A DNA stretch of 63,841 nucleotides, filler included, from Reticulomyxa filosa (taxonomy: Eukaryota; Protista; Foraminifera), in the NCBI GenBank assembly GCA_000512085.1. It is 16 parts of 16 records of this genome, joined end to end, with 100 filler letters (N's around TTAATTAATTAA, not from the genome) between each part and the next. Parts side by side here need not be neighbours in the genome. Positions count along the whole stretch, not along the records: positions 8,924 to 12,735 come from ASPP01011600.1; positions 12,836 to 15,165 come from ASPP01028060.1; positions 15,266 to 16,265 come from ASPP01000165.1; positions 16,366 to 29,416 come from ASPP01011871.1; 12 more parts are not named here. One strand, written 5' to 3'. This document shows, piece after piece, positions 12,313 to 24,189 of this stretch (position 1 is the stretch's first letter; every line of letters starts with the position of its first letter). The position numbers and the translations under genes were made by a program. The notes beneath the pieces were generated by a model, which saw only the letters and a program-made list of their open reading frames with translations, was not told where the DNA came from and did not search any database.

Positions 12313-12735
12313 GTGTTTGTCTGTAAAAGGCGCACGAATGAACGAAACTTGAACCTGGAGAAAGAAACAGCAAAGCGAAAGAATGAAACGACGGCCGAAC
12401 TAGATGCGAACAAGCTCCGTATTCGACTGGATAAAATGGGACTAGAAAATGAGAGGTCTCATTCGATTCTGCAGGCAATGAGTGAGAAGCCACTATACCA
12501 ATGCCCGTACGCAAGAGACGGCTGTGACTTTGCATCGACGGAGCGAGTAGTGTTTGAGTACCACCTGCACGAGTGGGCATTGCTCCACTTTCAACTGCAA
12601 CTAAGGTCTTTAGATCGACTGTGTCAATCCGTTACCAAAAATGTGGAAGTAAACCCACAACTGATGAACTTTTTGCACCCGACTTCGTTGATCGCGGTAG
12701 GTGTATTTTTTTTTTTGTTGTTTGTTCTAAAAAAA
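12313..12735 (+). CDS. Partial protein with coiled coil and a TRAF-type zinc-finger-like motif
   Basis: CPYARDGCDF...EYHLHEWALLH resembles the TRAF-type C-x-F/Y-x-x-x-G-C...H...H motif. Start uncertain; truncated by the contig end. Confidence 0.45.
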
Positions 12736-14459
12736 NNNNNNNNNNNNNNNNNNNNNNNNNNNNNNNNNNNNNNNNNNNNTTAATTAATTAANNNNNNNNN
12801 NNNNNNNNNNNNNNNNNNNNNNNNNNNNNNNNNNNCAATGCCAGTGTCAGATTAATTTTTTATTTGAAAGTAACGGAGTATGATAATGAATTGCGTGAAC
12901 ATTAGACTATTTTTTAAAAAATTATGAACACAAATATGTATTTGTGTATATATGGTTGTAGAAAAAAAAGAATCACATAATTATATTATAATAGATGAAC
13001 GGAAGCATTTTATCATATGATGATAATTGCATTATCTGCAAATACATTGACATCATCCAAATTTAATACACATCAGCAGATATTTTGTGACGACAAATAA
13101 CCCGATCGAAATTGGATAGCAGAAGCACAATATTGTATTCAATGAACAATGGATTTATATTCATGTTAAAGACATTTCAAATAAAATATAAAAAAAAAAT
13201 TAAATAAAGAATATGAAAATAATAACTGTTGGATTAAATTGAATTAAATCGGATTCAATAATAGATATAAAAATTCTGGTGATGAAAGACAATATATTGA
13301 CAAAGTGCATTAAAATAAAAACATATTTTAATTATGATATTCAAGGAGACTCTTGAAATAAGAGGGGAGGAAGGAGGGCAACAGTTAACTTTACAAATAG
13401 GAAAAACTAATAATAATTCCAAGTTCAGGTATTACTGGCTACTGAAAAAATAAATATGTATATTTTTTACTTTGTGATCAAGTGCGTAGATAATAGCTAG
13501 TATTATTGTTACTGTATATTACAATGATATATGGTTAAAATGGATATTCTACTGATTAAAGCTAAAACAACAACTGAGATACATGATTTAGTGTTGTCAT
13601 TGAAGTATGATTATATATGATAACTTAGAGATATATTCTTAGTAATATATTATAAAATTTTAAGTGAACTAGTACAATTTCGATATTCAATAACACAAAA
13701 AGAAAACAAATTTGATATTAGTATCAAAAAGCTAACTGCAAAAAGTCATTATCTAAAGAAACAGAAACTAAATCAAATAGAAGAAATACCAACAAAAAAA
13801 GAAAAAAAATTAAAGATAAAAAAAGCAAAATCAAGTTCAAAGATTAGTAGTTCAAATTTATTGGATAAAAAGAAAAAACTAACAATATAAATGAAGCTGT
13901 ATAAGTTCTAAGAATGTACCTAATGACAAAAAAGCAGATGAATTCATAAAAACTACAAATATGACAATAAAACAAATTCAAGATAAACTAAACGAAACAA
14001 AACTGATTATAGATATAACATATATTAATTTTGTTGATTTGATTGTAAGCTATTTATTATGGACAGGCAAAAGTACGTATATTCCAACTTATTGTTAAAC
14101 ATTTTGATTATATTGGGATATCATGTAATGGAACAATTTTCAAGACTTATTAAAAATTCGTAATAGTGACTTATCCTACAGTTTTATTTATCTAAGAATA
14201 TAACTTGTATTTATTTTTTTTCATCAAAAAATCTTTTCAAAGTGTTTAAAGCTTTATTTTTCATTTTTATAAAGATTATATCTTGAATATCAATAAAAAA
14301 ATTGATTAATACATCAACACTCCAATCAAATCTAACCGAAAATTGAATTTTTTAAAAGTACTTAGCTTAATGCGCTCCCCCAGAACACAAAATAAATTTT
14401 TTTTTTAAAAACTTTGGAAAATTTGGCTGTTGACGCCAAGTGGTGGAAGCATTTAGATT

Positions 14460-15100
14460 ATTATGGAGATAGTGCTGCGTTCGATTGGCCCGTTGTACAT
14501 AATGGTAGTAATTATGACAGTCATTTTGGTTCATTTGTCCCAAGTACAAGTTAAAGCCCTTCGATAATGGGTCATTATAACTCATGGATGGGTCTTCTGT
14601 GTCGATTGTTCATATACCCCACTTTCCGAACATTGCCATATCATATCCACCATAGTCGCGCAGCAATTTGGCTACTCTCAGGTCGTCTGATTTCAGGTAT
14701 TAACAATTTTCACGTACACTGCAGTTGCCACTATGTTTTCTTATTTTAATGTTTGTACATATACATATATAAATATTTGTGGTTATACGTATATTTTATT
14801 GTTACCAGTAATAAGATTGCATCGAGTGGTGCACACATAGGCGCTCTTGCGTATGCATCGATGAAGAGTGGTCATTTGATTCAAATATGAAGTCTCCAAC
14901 TTGTAATTGATATTTTTGTGTGGATACACTGAATATACGCCAAGGTCACCGTAACCTATGTCATCTACTAAAATAAACACAATGTTCGGCCAATCAAACT
15001 GTCCAAGTTTTTCGTATTTATCGCTCGTCCTTTGCTTCAAATCTGGCGTTTCAATCATCCACATTAACATATATTCCAAAATAAGATAAATAAATAACAT
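14460..15100 (-). pseudogene. Arylsulfatase (FGly-dependent sulfatase) pseudogene
   Basis: PNIVFILVDDIGYGDLG; FIDAYARAPMCAP-[1 nt missing]-RCNLITG at 14822-14835; GYDMAMFGKWGI* with an in-frame TGA; PLSKGFNLYLGQMNQNDCHNYY. Confidence 0.8.
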
Positions 15101-16658
15101 CCATTCAAATATTTTAAGATGTTTATAGGATTATTATTATAATGAGTTTTTCCGTCTTTTTTTTTNNNNNNNNNNNNNNNNNNNNNNNNNNNNNNNNNNN
15201 NNNNNNNNNTTAATTAATTAANNNNNNNNNNNNNNNNNNNNNNNNNNNNNNNNNNNNNNNNNNNNTGTCCTTAGGAAAAGTTGTCGAAGATCTGGCTATT
15301 TTTTTTTTGCATGGAATTTGGAAATCAGCATCGAAGTGCAAAGAATGTTTTATGACCTTATGTTGGAAAAATATTCATTTATTTGTACAATAAAAAAAGT
15401 GAATTAAGTTGAAAAATTTGTAGGTCTTGTTCTTTTTGACAATAAAAATTTTTTTTACTATCCCGTGTTTTATTTTTAATAACCTACAATTTAATTAATC
15501 TAATCAGATTTATTTTTCTCCCACAATCTTTTTATATTTTTGAAGAAATTCCGAATTCGTAATTAATCCTTTTCTAGTATTACTCTCATTTTTCGTTGAG
15601 TAATCTGTAAATTGTTCGCTTGCGTCATAATGACGTGCAATTGGTTATGGAATCAGAGACTATGCTTGATTTTGGTTTTGATTTTACTCTCTTTCAACTA
15701 AAGTCTCATCATTAGATCTTTGTAGTCGCGCCTCTCTACTTAAAGCGTCTTTTCTCATTTCTTCAAAATATCATGGTATACACTTCATTTCCAAGGTTTA
15801 ACTTCTTTCCATGGAATGTATATAAGTAAAGTTGTATTTTTGTGGTTGCAAAACATGGAGGTTTGCAAAAGTATTTTACGTTGAATAATAAGCATATTGA
15901 CCTTTTCAGAATAGAAAGAATTTTGTTGTTGTTAATAGATTTTTTTTGTTGAGTATACATGGTTTTATTATATAAGAAATTTTTTCTGATAATAATAATG
16001 ATGATGATGATTTATTATTTTATGATTATTATTTGGCAACAAAGAATAAGTAAAAGCATTATAATTGAATAAATTTGTTTGGTAAAAAAAAAAATTTTGA
16101 GTGCTCCAAACAAAAAAAATCTCAATGTACAAGATAATTATTTTATAATAAAAAAAAATCTCAACGTATAAGTGTCTTTACAAAAGAGACTGAATTATCA
16201 AGATTTTTTGTCTCTGAGAGCGTAGCTTTGGCAGTCTTGAAATAGGCCGTATCACCAACATAAGTNNNNNNNNNNNNNNNNNNNNNNNNNNNNNNNNNNN
16301 NNNNNNNNNTTAATTAATTAANNNNNNNNNNNNNNNNNNNNNNNNNNNNNNNNNNNNNNNNNNNNTTTTTTTTTTTTTTTTTTTTTGAACAATAAAAAAA
16401 GGTTCATCAAGTAGAAATGAAGATAAGCACACTGTTGGCGAAACATTGAACAATCAAAAAGCGCAAAACAAACGAAGACTGCAGTCCCTCATTAAGTTGC
16501 ATATATGCATACATATGCACACACATGTATACATATATACATATAATATATTCACATAAATAGCAATGTGTTTTATTTCAAAAGGAGAACATGTATGTCG
16601 AAACAATAAAAGATTAGTCAATTAAAAAAAAAAAAAACACAGCACAAAAAAGAGCAAA

Positions 16659-18617
16659 GTGGGAAAGACAACAATTCCAACAAACGCTCCAACGCAATCT
16701 CCCACTAAGTCTCCATCGGGGATCCCATCAAGATATCCAACTCATCATCCAACCTATAATCCAACCTATAATCCAACTCGTCAGCCAACCAAGGTTCCCA
16801 GCATATCTCCCTCCACTCCTACTATATTTCCCACCATATATCCCACTATATCTCCTACCGTTAAGCCGACTCGAACCACACGTCCGACGACATTGTCTCC
16901 CACAACACTCCCGACGTCCAATCCGACCACACCGCCTTCGCAGACACCAACTCAGCCCCCCACAAAGACACCAACTCGGCTTCCGACGAAAGAGCCGACA
17001 CGAGTTCCCACAAAGATGCCAACGCGACCGACAGGCATGCCGACGGCGAATCCAACGACGCGACGTCCTACGAAAAGTCCAACGCGACGTCCTACGAAAA
17101 GTCCAACGCGACATCCTACGAAAAGTCCAACGCAACATCCTACGAAAAGCCCGACACAACATCCTACAAAAAACCCAACGCGACATCCTACAAAAAGCCC
17201 AACGCGACGTCCTACGAAAAACCCGACGCGACGTCCTACAAAAAACCCGACGCGACGTCCTACGAAAAGTCCGACGCGACGTCCCACAAAAAGTCCGACG
17301 CAACATCCTACGAATAGTCCGACGCAATATCCTACGAATAACCCGACGCAATATCCTACGAATAGTCCGACGCAATATCCTACGAATAGTCCGACGCAAC
17401 ATCCTACGAAAAACCCAACGCCACGTCCTACGAAAAACCCGACGCAACGTCCCACGACTAAGCCGAGTAAACCTCCTACGACAAGAAAGCCGACGCTATA
17501 TCCTACGAGCGCACCCAGTGTTTCTCCGACGCAATTTCCCAGCGCTGCGCCTACTGTCGTCCCTACGCTCAATCCTACGACCAATCCCACTGCGTATCCC
17601 TCGATGAATCCAACCTCATCTCCCACTAGGAAACCCACAATGCATCCTACCAGACGTCCCACGAAACCCCCTACCAAACGTCCCACGAAACGTCCCACCT
17701 TTTATCCTACCATGCAGCCCACCAGCTCTCCCACTTGCACTGTCATCACGAATGACTATCTGTGGGTTGGATATGTGCTTTGGAAGGGAACGAGGATTAC
17801 GTATACTATCTCCACGGATGCCAACGGACAACTCGGACCTGTCTTGATCCTGTCCAATCCTCATCGCACGCGCAATAACACTTCTGGCTCACAGACTCTG
17901 TGGCTCCAAAGTACCAGCGATAGCAAACCGCATACGCTACCTTTGCCCACCGCTTGTCAGAGCAAACGCTTCACGACACCCTCGCCCACTCCGAGTCCCG
18001 ATAAAAAGTCCTCGAATGGCTCTACCAATTGCGAAAATATTCCAAATCCCATTCGGATCACTTATATCTTATTGGTAGGGCTGTTTATCTTAGGCTTGTT
18101 TGGATGGGCTTTTGTGCGACGCTGGAATCGAGCTCGCCAAGAGGGTAGTCACATCACGGGACGTGACCATGCCAGCAATAGTCACGCCAAATTAACCACA
18201 AAGCAAAAGAAATATCTTCGCAACTCTGGCTATCGCAATGCCAGCGAGCGCTATTATCACAATCGCAATGATGCCGATGAAGAGCCCATTAATGCTAGCC
18301 GCTTCCCTGTCGCCTCCACTGCTGCTGCGGCCGCCGCCACTGGCACCGGCGGTGGTGGCGCTTCTGGCGCTGCTGCGAGGGACTATCCCAAGTCCAGACG
18401 TCGCGTGGCCAAACCCAGGAAACGCGATGATGTTTATGAAAAAATGGACGCTGAGGAAAACGACAGCAATGAGGAAGATCCTGAAGAAGTCGAATTAGAA
18501 GAGGAAATGATGGGAGAAGATGAGGAAGACGAAGAGGATGATGATCTTCATCCTCACGAAAAAGAACCGCTTCCTAATGAAGCCCTCACACAAAAATTAA
18601 TCAATCGTGACAAATAG
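16659..18617 (+). CDS. Mucin-like PT-repeat single-pass membrane protein, 5' partial
   Basis: About 360 aa of PTxx repeats, a small Cys-containing region, TM helix ITYILLVGLFILGLFGWAFV followed by RR, and an acidic cytoplasmic tail. No ATG start, so upstream exons are likely missing. Confidence 0.8.
   Translation: MGKTTIPTNAPTQSPTKSPSGIPSRYPTHHPTYNPTYNPTRQPTKVPSISPSTPTIFPTIYPTISPTVKPTRTTRPTTLSPTTLPTSNPTTPPSQTPTQPPTKTPTRLPTKEPTRVPTKMPTRPTGMPTANPTTRRPTKSPTRRPTKSPTRHPTKSPTQHPTKSPTQHPTKNPTRHPTKSPTRRPTKNPTRRPTKNPTRRPTKSPTRRPTKSPTQHPTNSPTQYPTNNPTQYPTNSPTQYPTNSPTQHPTKNPTPRPTKNPTQRPTTKPSKPPTTRKPTLYPTSAPSVSPTQFPSAAPTVVPTLNPTTNPTAYPSMNPTSSPTRKPTMHPTRRPTKPPTKRPTKRPTFYPTMQPTSSPTCTVITNDYLWVGYVLWKGTRITYTISTDANGQLGPVLILSNPHRTRNNTSGSQTLWLQSTSDSKPHTLPLPTACQSKRFTTPSPTPSPDKKSSNGSTNCENIPNPIRITYILLVGLFILGLFGWAFVRRWNRARQEGSHITGRDHASNSHAKLTTKQKKYLRNSGYRNASERYYHNRNDADEEPINASRFPVASTAAAAAATGTGGGGASGAAARDYPKSRRRVAKPRKRDDVYEKMDAEENDSNEEDPEEVELEEEMMGEDEEDEEDDDLHPHEKEPLPNEALTQKLINRDK
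17052..17460 (+). repeat. Coding 24-bp minisatellite (PT[RQ][RHY]PT[KN][SN])
   Basis: Tandem units such as CCAACGCGACGTCCTACGAAAAGT and CCGACGCAATATCCTACGAATAGT. Confidence 0.9.
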
Positions 18618-19233
18618 TTCTTTTTCATATAAAAAATTAATTGTGCCAAACAAAAAGTAATTTAATTTGTTTCACTTTCTTGCAAAAAAAAAAAAAAAAA
18701 CCAAGTTTGTCTAAATTACATTTTGTGTGTTTGGTGACCACAAAAAAAAAATCTTTTGTTTTGGTTTTTTTTTCTGTCTGCTTATGTTTATTTCATAATT
18801 AATCTACGTTCTCTTGCTTTAAGAAAATTTTGTGAGATTTTTTACTTTTTCGTTTGCTTGTGTTTGTAATTTTCACCATGCATTATTATTTTTTTCTCTT
18901 TGTTTCCATCCCGGATAAATATACATTTGCAAAGCGCAATTAATTAGAACCCTTTTGAAAAAGAATTAGTTTTAGTTCTTGTCAAAGGAAGTTGTTTGCT
19001 TTTTTTCTTTGTGCTGTTTAATAACTAAAATAAAAACGACGCAACATTTATTGAGATTTGAGTTTAAATGTTTATTGTATTTTCCTCAAATCAAAAAAGA
19101 ATGTCCAAAACAAAATTTATTGAAGAAAAGAGAAAAATACATCAGTTTCGTCACTTTGTTACACATTTTATCTGATTTGGCTAGTTTATCACAAAAGCAT
19201 AAAAAATCAGCACAAAAAATAAAAAAAGGCAAA

Positions 19234-20929
19234 CTAGCCTAAAGAATCTAAAAAAGTAATGTTGGAATAGGTTGCTTTCTTACAAGCTTTGCAATCTTGC
19301 TTAATATGTTTGGAAAAGAGTACCTTGGCTTTTTCGAGCCTGGAAAGAAAATCGCACTTATCATCAGTATTTTTTTGATTAGCGGATGGCTGTGATAATA
19401 TCTCTTCAAAATCTTGCATTGAAATTAATCCGTAAGCCCGTTTGGGTATTTTTATGCCAAGTTTAGTGCTATTTTCTGTTTGTGCATTTGGCTTGGTTTT
19501 TTCTTCTTCAAATATATTTCCAAAAACAAGTTTATCAGTTTGATAAGCATCCAATAAATAAGTTCGTTTTCCTAAGATTTTGTCCAAGTTGTGTTTGTTG
19601 GGACATTGCTTGCAACAGATATTGATATCACCAAATAATTGCAAGAGTTTTCCTAACGTAAGAATACGATGATAGGCTTCAATATAGAATTTTTTGTTGG
19701 GATGGTTATTCCTTAGATATTTGTTTTCAAAAGCAGCCAAGTCAATATGTGACAATGGGATGCTTGGAATGTCATGCATTTGTTTTAAATAGCAATAAGA
19801 ATTGAAAGAAACGGCGTAAGGTGATGTATCTAATGATTCAATTACCTTGTGTGGAATCGCCATTTGTTTAGTTCCATCCAAGCAATTCTGACAATAAGCA
19901 CGTCCAGTATAGTTGCAAATTTGTGCAATGGTTGGAGATGTCAATATTTCACCACAAGCAAAGCATCTCGACATTTGTTCATTCCATATCGTTTTTATGT
20001 ATTGCTCAACAGACAATCCTCTATTTTGTGGCTGTGCTTGCCCTTGTGCTTGCTCATACAATGAATACAAAATGACACCCGTTGTGGGCGCAACTTTATC
20101 ATCATCGATCATACGTATCTCCCCTCTCATCACCATTAATTCCGTTTGCATTCGTTTCTTTATCTCTTTTTCTTGTTCTTTCTTAAGACGTTCTCTGTTG
20201 GAGTTTCCTTCTTGAAAGTATTCTTCGCTACAATAAATGTCCAAACAACTGTGCAATGAAAACATGTTGTTTTTTTTTATTCCATAACGACTCATGCTCG
20301 ATTTCCTTTGCGAACTTGTGCCATTGCTTCCATTCATTTCTGTCCCTGCATCGAATTGGTGGTGGATTATCGTTTGAAACTCGGGGGACATTGCCCCTGA
20401 GTCTATCGGATCCGTCTCCATTGCAGACGTTGCTACCGCGACAGATGTCGTCGTTGCTGATGAGCCAGTATTGCCGTTTAACGATATAGTTTCCTTTTGA
20501 TAACTATTGTCATTATCATTATCATTGCCGTTTTCATTACCATTGCTATGATTATTATTGCTATTATTGATTCCTTTCAAATTATCAGATTTGTTATTGT
20601 TGTTGTTATAGGCGCTATTACCACCATTTATTGTTCTCGAGAGAGTGTCTTCAGACTTGTTCTCCTTCTCCACAATCTCTGTTTTCATCACTTGCGCTTG
20701 CTTTCCAATATTTGTGCTGGCCTCGCTTTTTGTCTCTGTCAATCCATTTTTGCCATTTGAATCGGAAGATGGAGTGAATCCTTTTTCATTTCCCTTCGCT
20801 TTATCGTCCTGTTTATTCAATGGCGCTTGCACATTGCCCTTTGTTATGGGGTCTGTCTTATTCGCTGTTGCGTATTATGTTTGGTGTTTATGTGTAGCTA
20901 AGTTGAGTCAATAGAAGATCCTGATTATT

Positions 20930-20964
<35 letters not shown>

Positions 20965-22337
20965 CGCAATTCAAATAGTGTTTTTAAGTAATTACAAAAC
21001 AAAATGTTACCATTGTGAAGTGATGGAGTGGTTTCAATTGGAACAGTGTGAATATCAGTAACATTGTCCGAAGGCACAGATATGTTGCCGATTGTGTTGG
21101 CATTTGTAACTGTGCCAGAGGATAAGGTTTTGGTTGTTTCCTCATTTTTGTTGCTATTATTCATCTCGGTGTTACTTGTTTCCGTTTTAAGTTGTTCCGG
21201 GAGAACAGCACTAGAGTTGGTCTCATTGTTGTTCTCGGTAAGCTTCTCTGCGGTCACACCTTTCTTTTTTTTCTTTATTTTCTTTACTTTCTTAACTTTC
21301 TCCTTTTTTTTTTTTGCATTTTATGTACAAAAATGTTGTACTTGTGGCCCAGAGAGTCCATGCATTAAATATCAAACAAAACAAAACTTTGCAATACTCA
21401 ACTTTAGTTTTTTCTTTGACTCTGCGTTGAGGCACCACTTTCAAATCAGGATCAACATGCAAGTGCTCATTTAGTTCATTGAACGTGGAGGAAAGAGCAG
21501 CGTTGGCATCGGCATTGGCATTGACATTGGCATTGACATTGACATTGACATCGGACAAAGTGTTATTGGAAGACGCTTCTGTTGTATACTTTCCTTTTCA
21601 CTGAGCGCAGCAGTGCTGTTAACCTTTTCCATTGCCATAGTCAACGCGCTCTTTTCTGGGGTCTGTGCTCTAGTGTCTGCATGCAGAGGAGCGCTTAGAG
21701 TGACCGACGTCACTCCACTTTCCTTGCTCTCTGTGTCCACTTTCACACTCGATTCTGCATTCTTGCCATCTCCATTGGTCACATTCTTGTTTTTCTCTTC
21801 ACTTTTGCTACTCTTATCAGCACTCTCATTTTTTTTGAGTTTATCTGACTTTTCGTCGGTACTCGGATTATTTTCAGCTTCATTATTAATGTTCTTGTTA
21901 ATGTTATTGTTAATATTAGTATTGACATTATTATTATTATTATTGTTATTATTATTATTATTATTATTGCCGTTCTTATCCTCATTGCTATTTTTATTCT
22001 TATCTTCTTTTTCTTTTTTTGTTTCATTTGAATTTTTAGTGTCCTGTTTTTGCTCATTTTTCGTTGCGTGTTTGGTTTCGTTTATATTTTCCTCTTCGTC
22101 CTCGTCTTCCTCCTTGCCATCATTTTCGTTGTCCTCGTCATCCGCTGGCGTCCACAAGCGGGGGATGCTGTGCTTCACTCTGCAAATATCCATGTTATTT
22201 GCAAAGTAGTCGTAAAACTGATCATTTTGGAGGCGATCAGAATCATTGCAGCCAAAGGAAAATGTTAGGCCGTCCAATTTCTTTCACAAAACAAACATTA
22301 AAAAAAAAAAAGCACGACTCTCCTTATAAAAGACACG

Positions 22338-22377
<40 letters not shown>

Positions 22378-23137
22378 TATGTGTAATCCACATAGTATGA
22401 ACTTTTTTTTTTAGTATTTAGATGTGTACATTGAAAAAGGTGTTTTTTTTTTAAAAAAATTAAAATAATAAAAAAATCCTCTTTCTATTCAAAGCAAAAC
22501 TTGAATAAATTGTTTAAGCTGCGTTTTTTCATCACAACGCATAATGGCCCAATTGTCGTAACAAGATTCATTGACTTCTCCCAGCCTGCAAATATTGTTG
22601 ACGAATATTTTTTCATTCAGTGAGTAGCGAATCCAAGTGCGAGCCTTGCCGTTATCTGTAAATCCACGCATTTTCGGGTCTTGGTTCAGTTTTTCCCACA
22701 AGTCTTGCACTGCTCCTGGTGTATGCGCTGCATTCGCTATCACTGTTGCTAACGTCGCCTTAGAAAACCACTTTTCTATTTTATTTTTTTTTTTTTTGTA
22801 AAATAAAAGGGGACACGCGTTCAAATATTTTTTTCAAACAATCAAACTAAAAAAAAAAATAATAGGATCATCTTGCGGAGAATTCTCAACTGTACATCCC
22901 AAAGGCCATACATTGCTCGATGCAAACTGTAAGTAGAAAACAGTACCAGTCTGTTTCATCTAATTTCACAGTAGCCGTTGGCTGTTCTTCTGTTTTCAAT
23001 CGGCCCGGTTTGCTCTTTTTTTCTTTTTTCGTTGGATACTTGATCAATAGATCTTCCACTACTTGTTCCAGATGAGCCACAAGCGTAAAACGTTGACCTC
23101 TATATTTTTCATCTTCTGCACCAGATGGGGCATTCAT
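19234..23137 (-). CDS. RUN domain plus Rubicon-homology (zf-RING_9) protein, PLEKHM1/Rubicon/DEF8-like; multi-exon
   Basis: ATG 23137 (MNAPSG). RUN motifs IEQCMAFG, GKARTWIRYSLNEK, YDNWAIM, LDGLTFSF. Long Asn/acidic linker. RH motifs QMSRCFACG, CNYTGRAYCQNC, IPHKVI...YAVS, HIKQDCKAC. Confidence 0.8.
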
Positions 23138-24189
23138 TCGGCCTCTTGGCGGGAGGGGGAAAAGGGAAAGAAAAAAATTCACACTTCACGGCTTTTACGT
23201 TTGCATCATAAACTTCTTATTTTATCATTTTAGACAGTATTTTGAAAAAAATTTTTAGATTTTAGTGAAAAAATTTTTAAATTTTTTGTGTTACGCTCTT
23301 TCTCGCTTAATTGTTCAATACTGTTTTGTATGATGCTTAAAACCAAAAATTAGAACACAATGTCTAATTTTTTTTTTAGTGCTGTTAATTTGCATAAAAA
23401 AAAGGGAAAATTTCACAGTTTTGTTTAAGGACAAAAAAGTTTACTGTTCTTAACAGTTAACAAAAGAGGTTTTTGAAGAGAGAATAAAAAAGGAAATGGA
23501 AAAACAATAAGGTATGTAAAGACATTTACAAACTCTTTTTGTGTGAAACGAACAGCTAGCACAGCAAAAAAATCAACCAGCAGCCAAATAAATAATGAAA
23601 AATTCGACAAAATAAAGATACGACAGTTCACAATCCATAAATGTTGTCGATATAATAACATTTAACCAAAAATCTACAAAGTCTTGTAATTTTTTAAATA
23701 TCGTTTTGGTAACGATCTTATATTTTAGATCTTTTTTGTTGTTCTAGTTTAACTTACAATCTTTAATCTATATTTTGTTTATTATAATTTTTTCTGTCTA
23801 ACTTTGTTTTATTTAATTGATGTGAGATAAAGGCAAGTAAAAATACAAAGAATAAGTGTATATATACTTTTATGTTGATCATACAAAAAATATTACATTC
23901 CGCAAACTACTGTAGTTCATACAATAGATGCAGTTTGTGACAAAAAAATACAAAATTAAATAATTACGATTGTTGCAAATTCGTTTGATAGTTTTTCTAA
24001 TTCAAATTAACACTGAACAATAAAAATAATCGATGTTTGGAAGTCCAAAGTAATATTTTAATTGAAATGATTTGACATACAGCTTTTGTTCCAGTGATTT
24101 TCAAAAAAGCAACAATAAAAAAAACAATTAAAAAGCGTCCCCTATTTGCAAAGTAGTTCATATTTAAAATAGTACAAAAATAAATGTTT

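Noticed and set aside
12836-14100. Coding-like fragments on the plus strand
   Set aside because: Stop-riddled and without a motif I can assign; possibly a decayed gene or element, but unsupported.
14612-14614. In-frame TGA as a recoded codon or alternative genetic code
   Set aside because: It occurs in a gene with other lesions; intact genes here end in TAA, TAG and TGA and use TGG for Trp.
16728-17698. Long antisense ORFs (RR-rich, VG-rich) over the PT-repeat gene
   Set aside because: They are shadows of a stop-free coding minisatellite.
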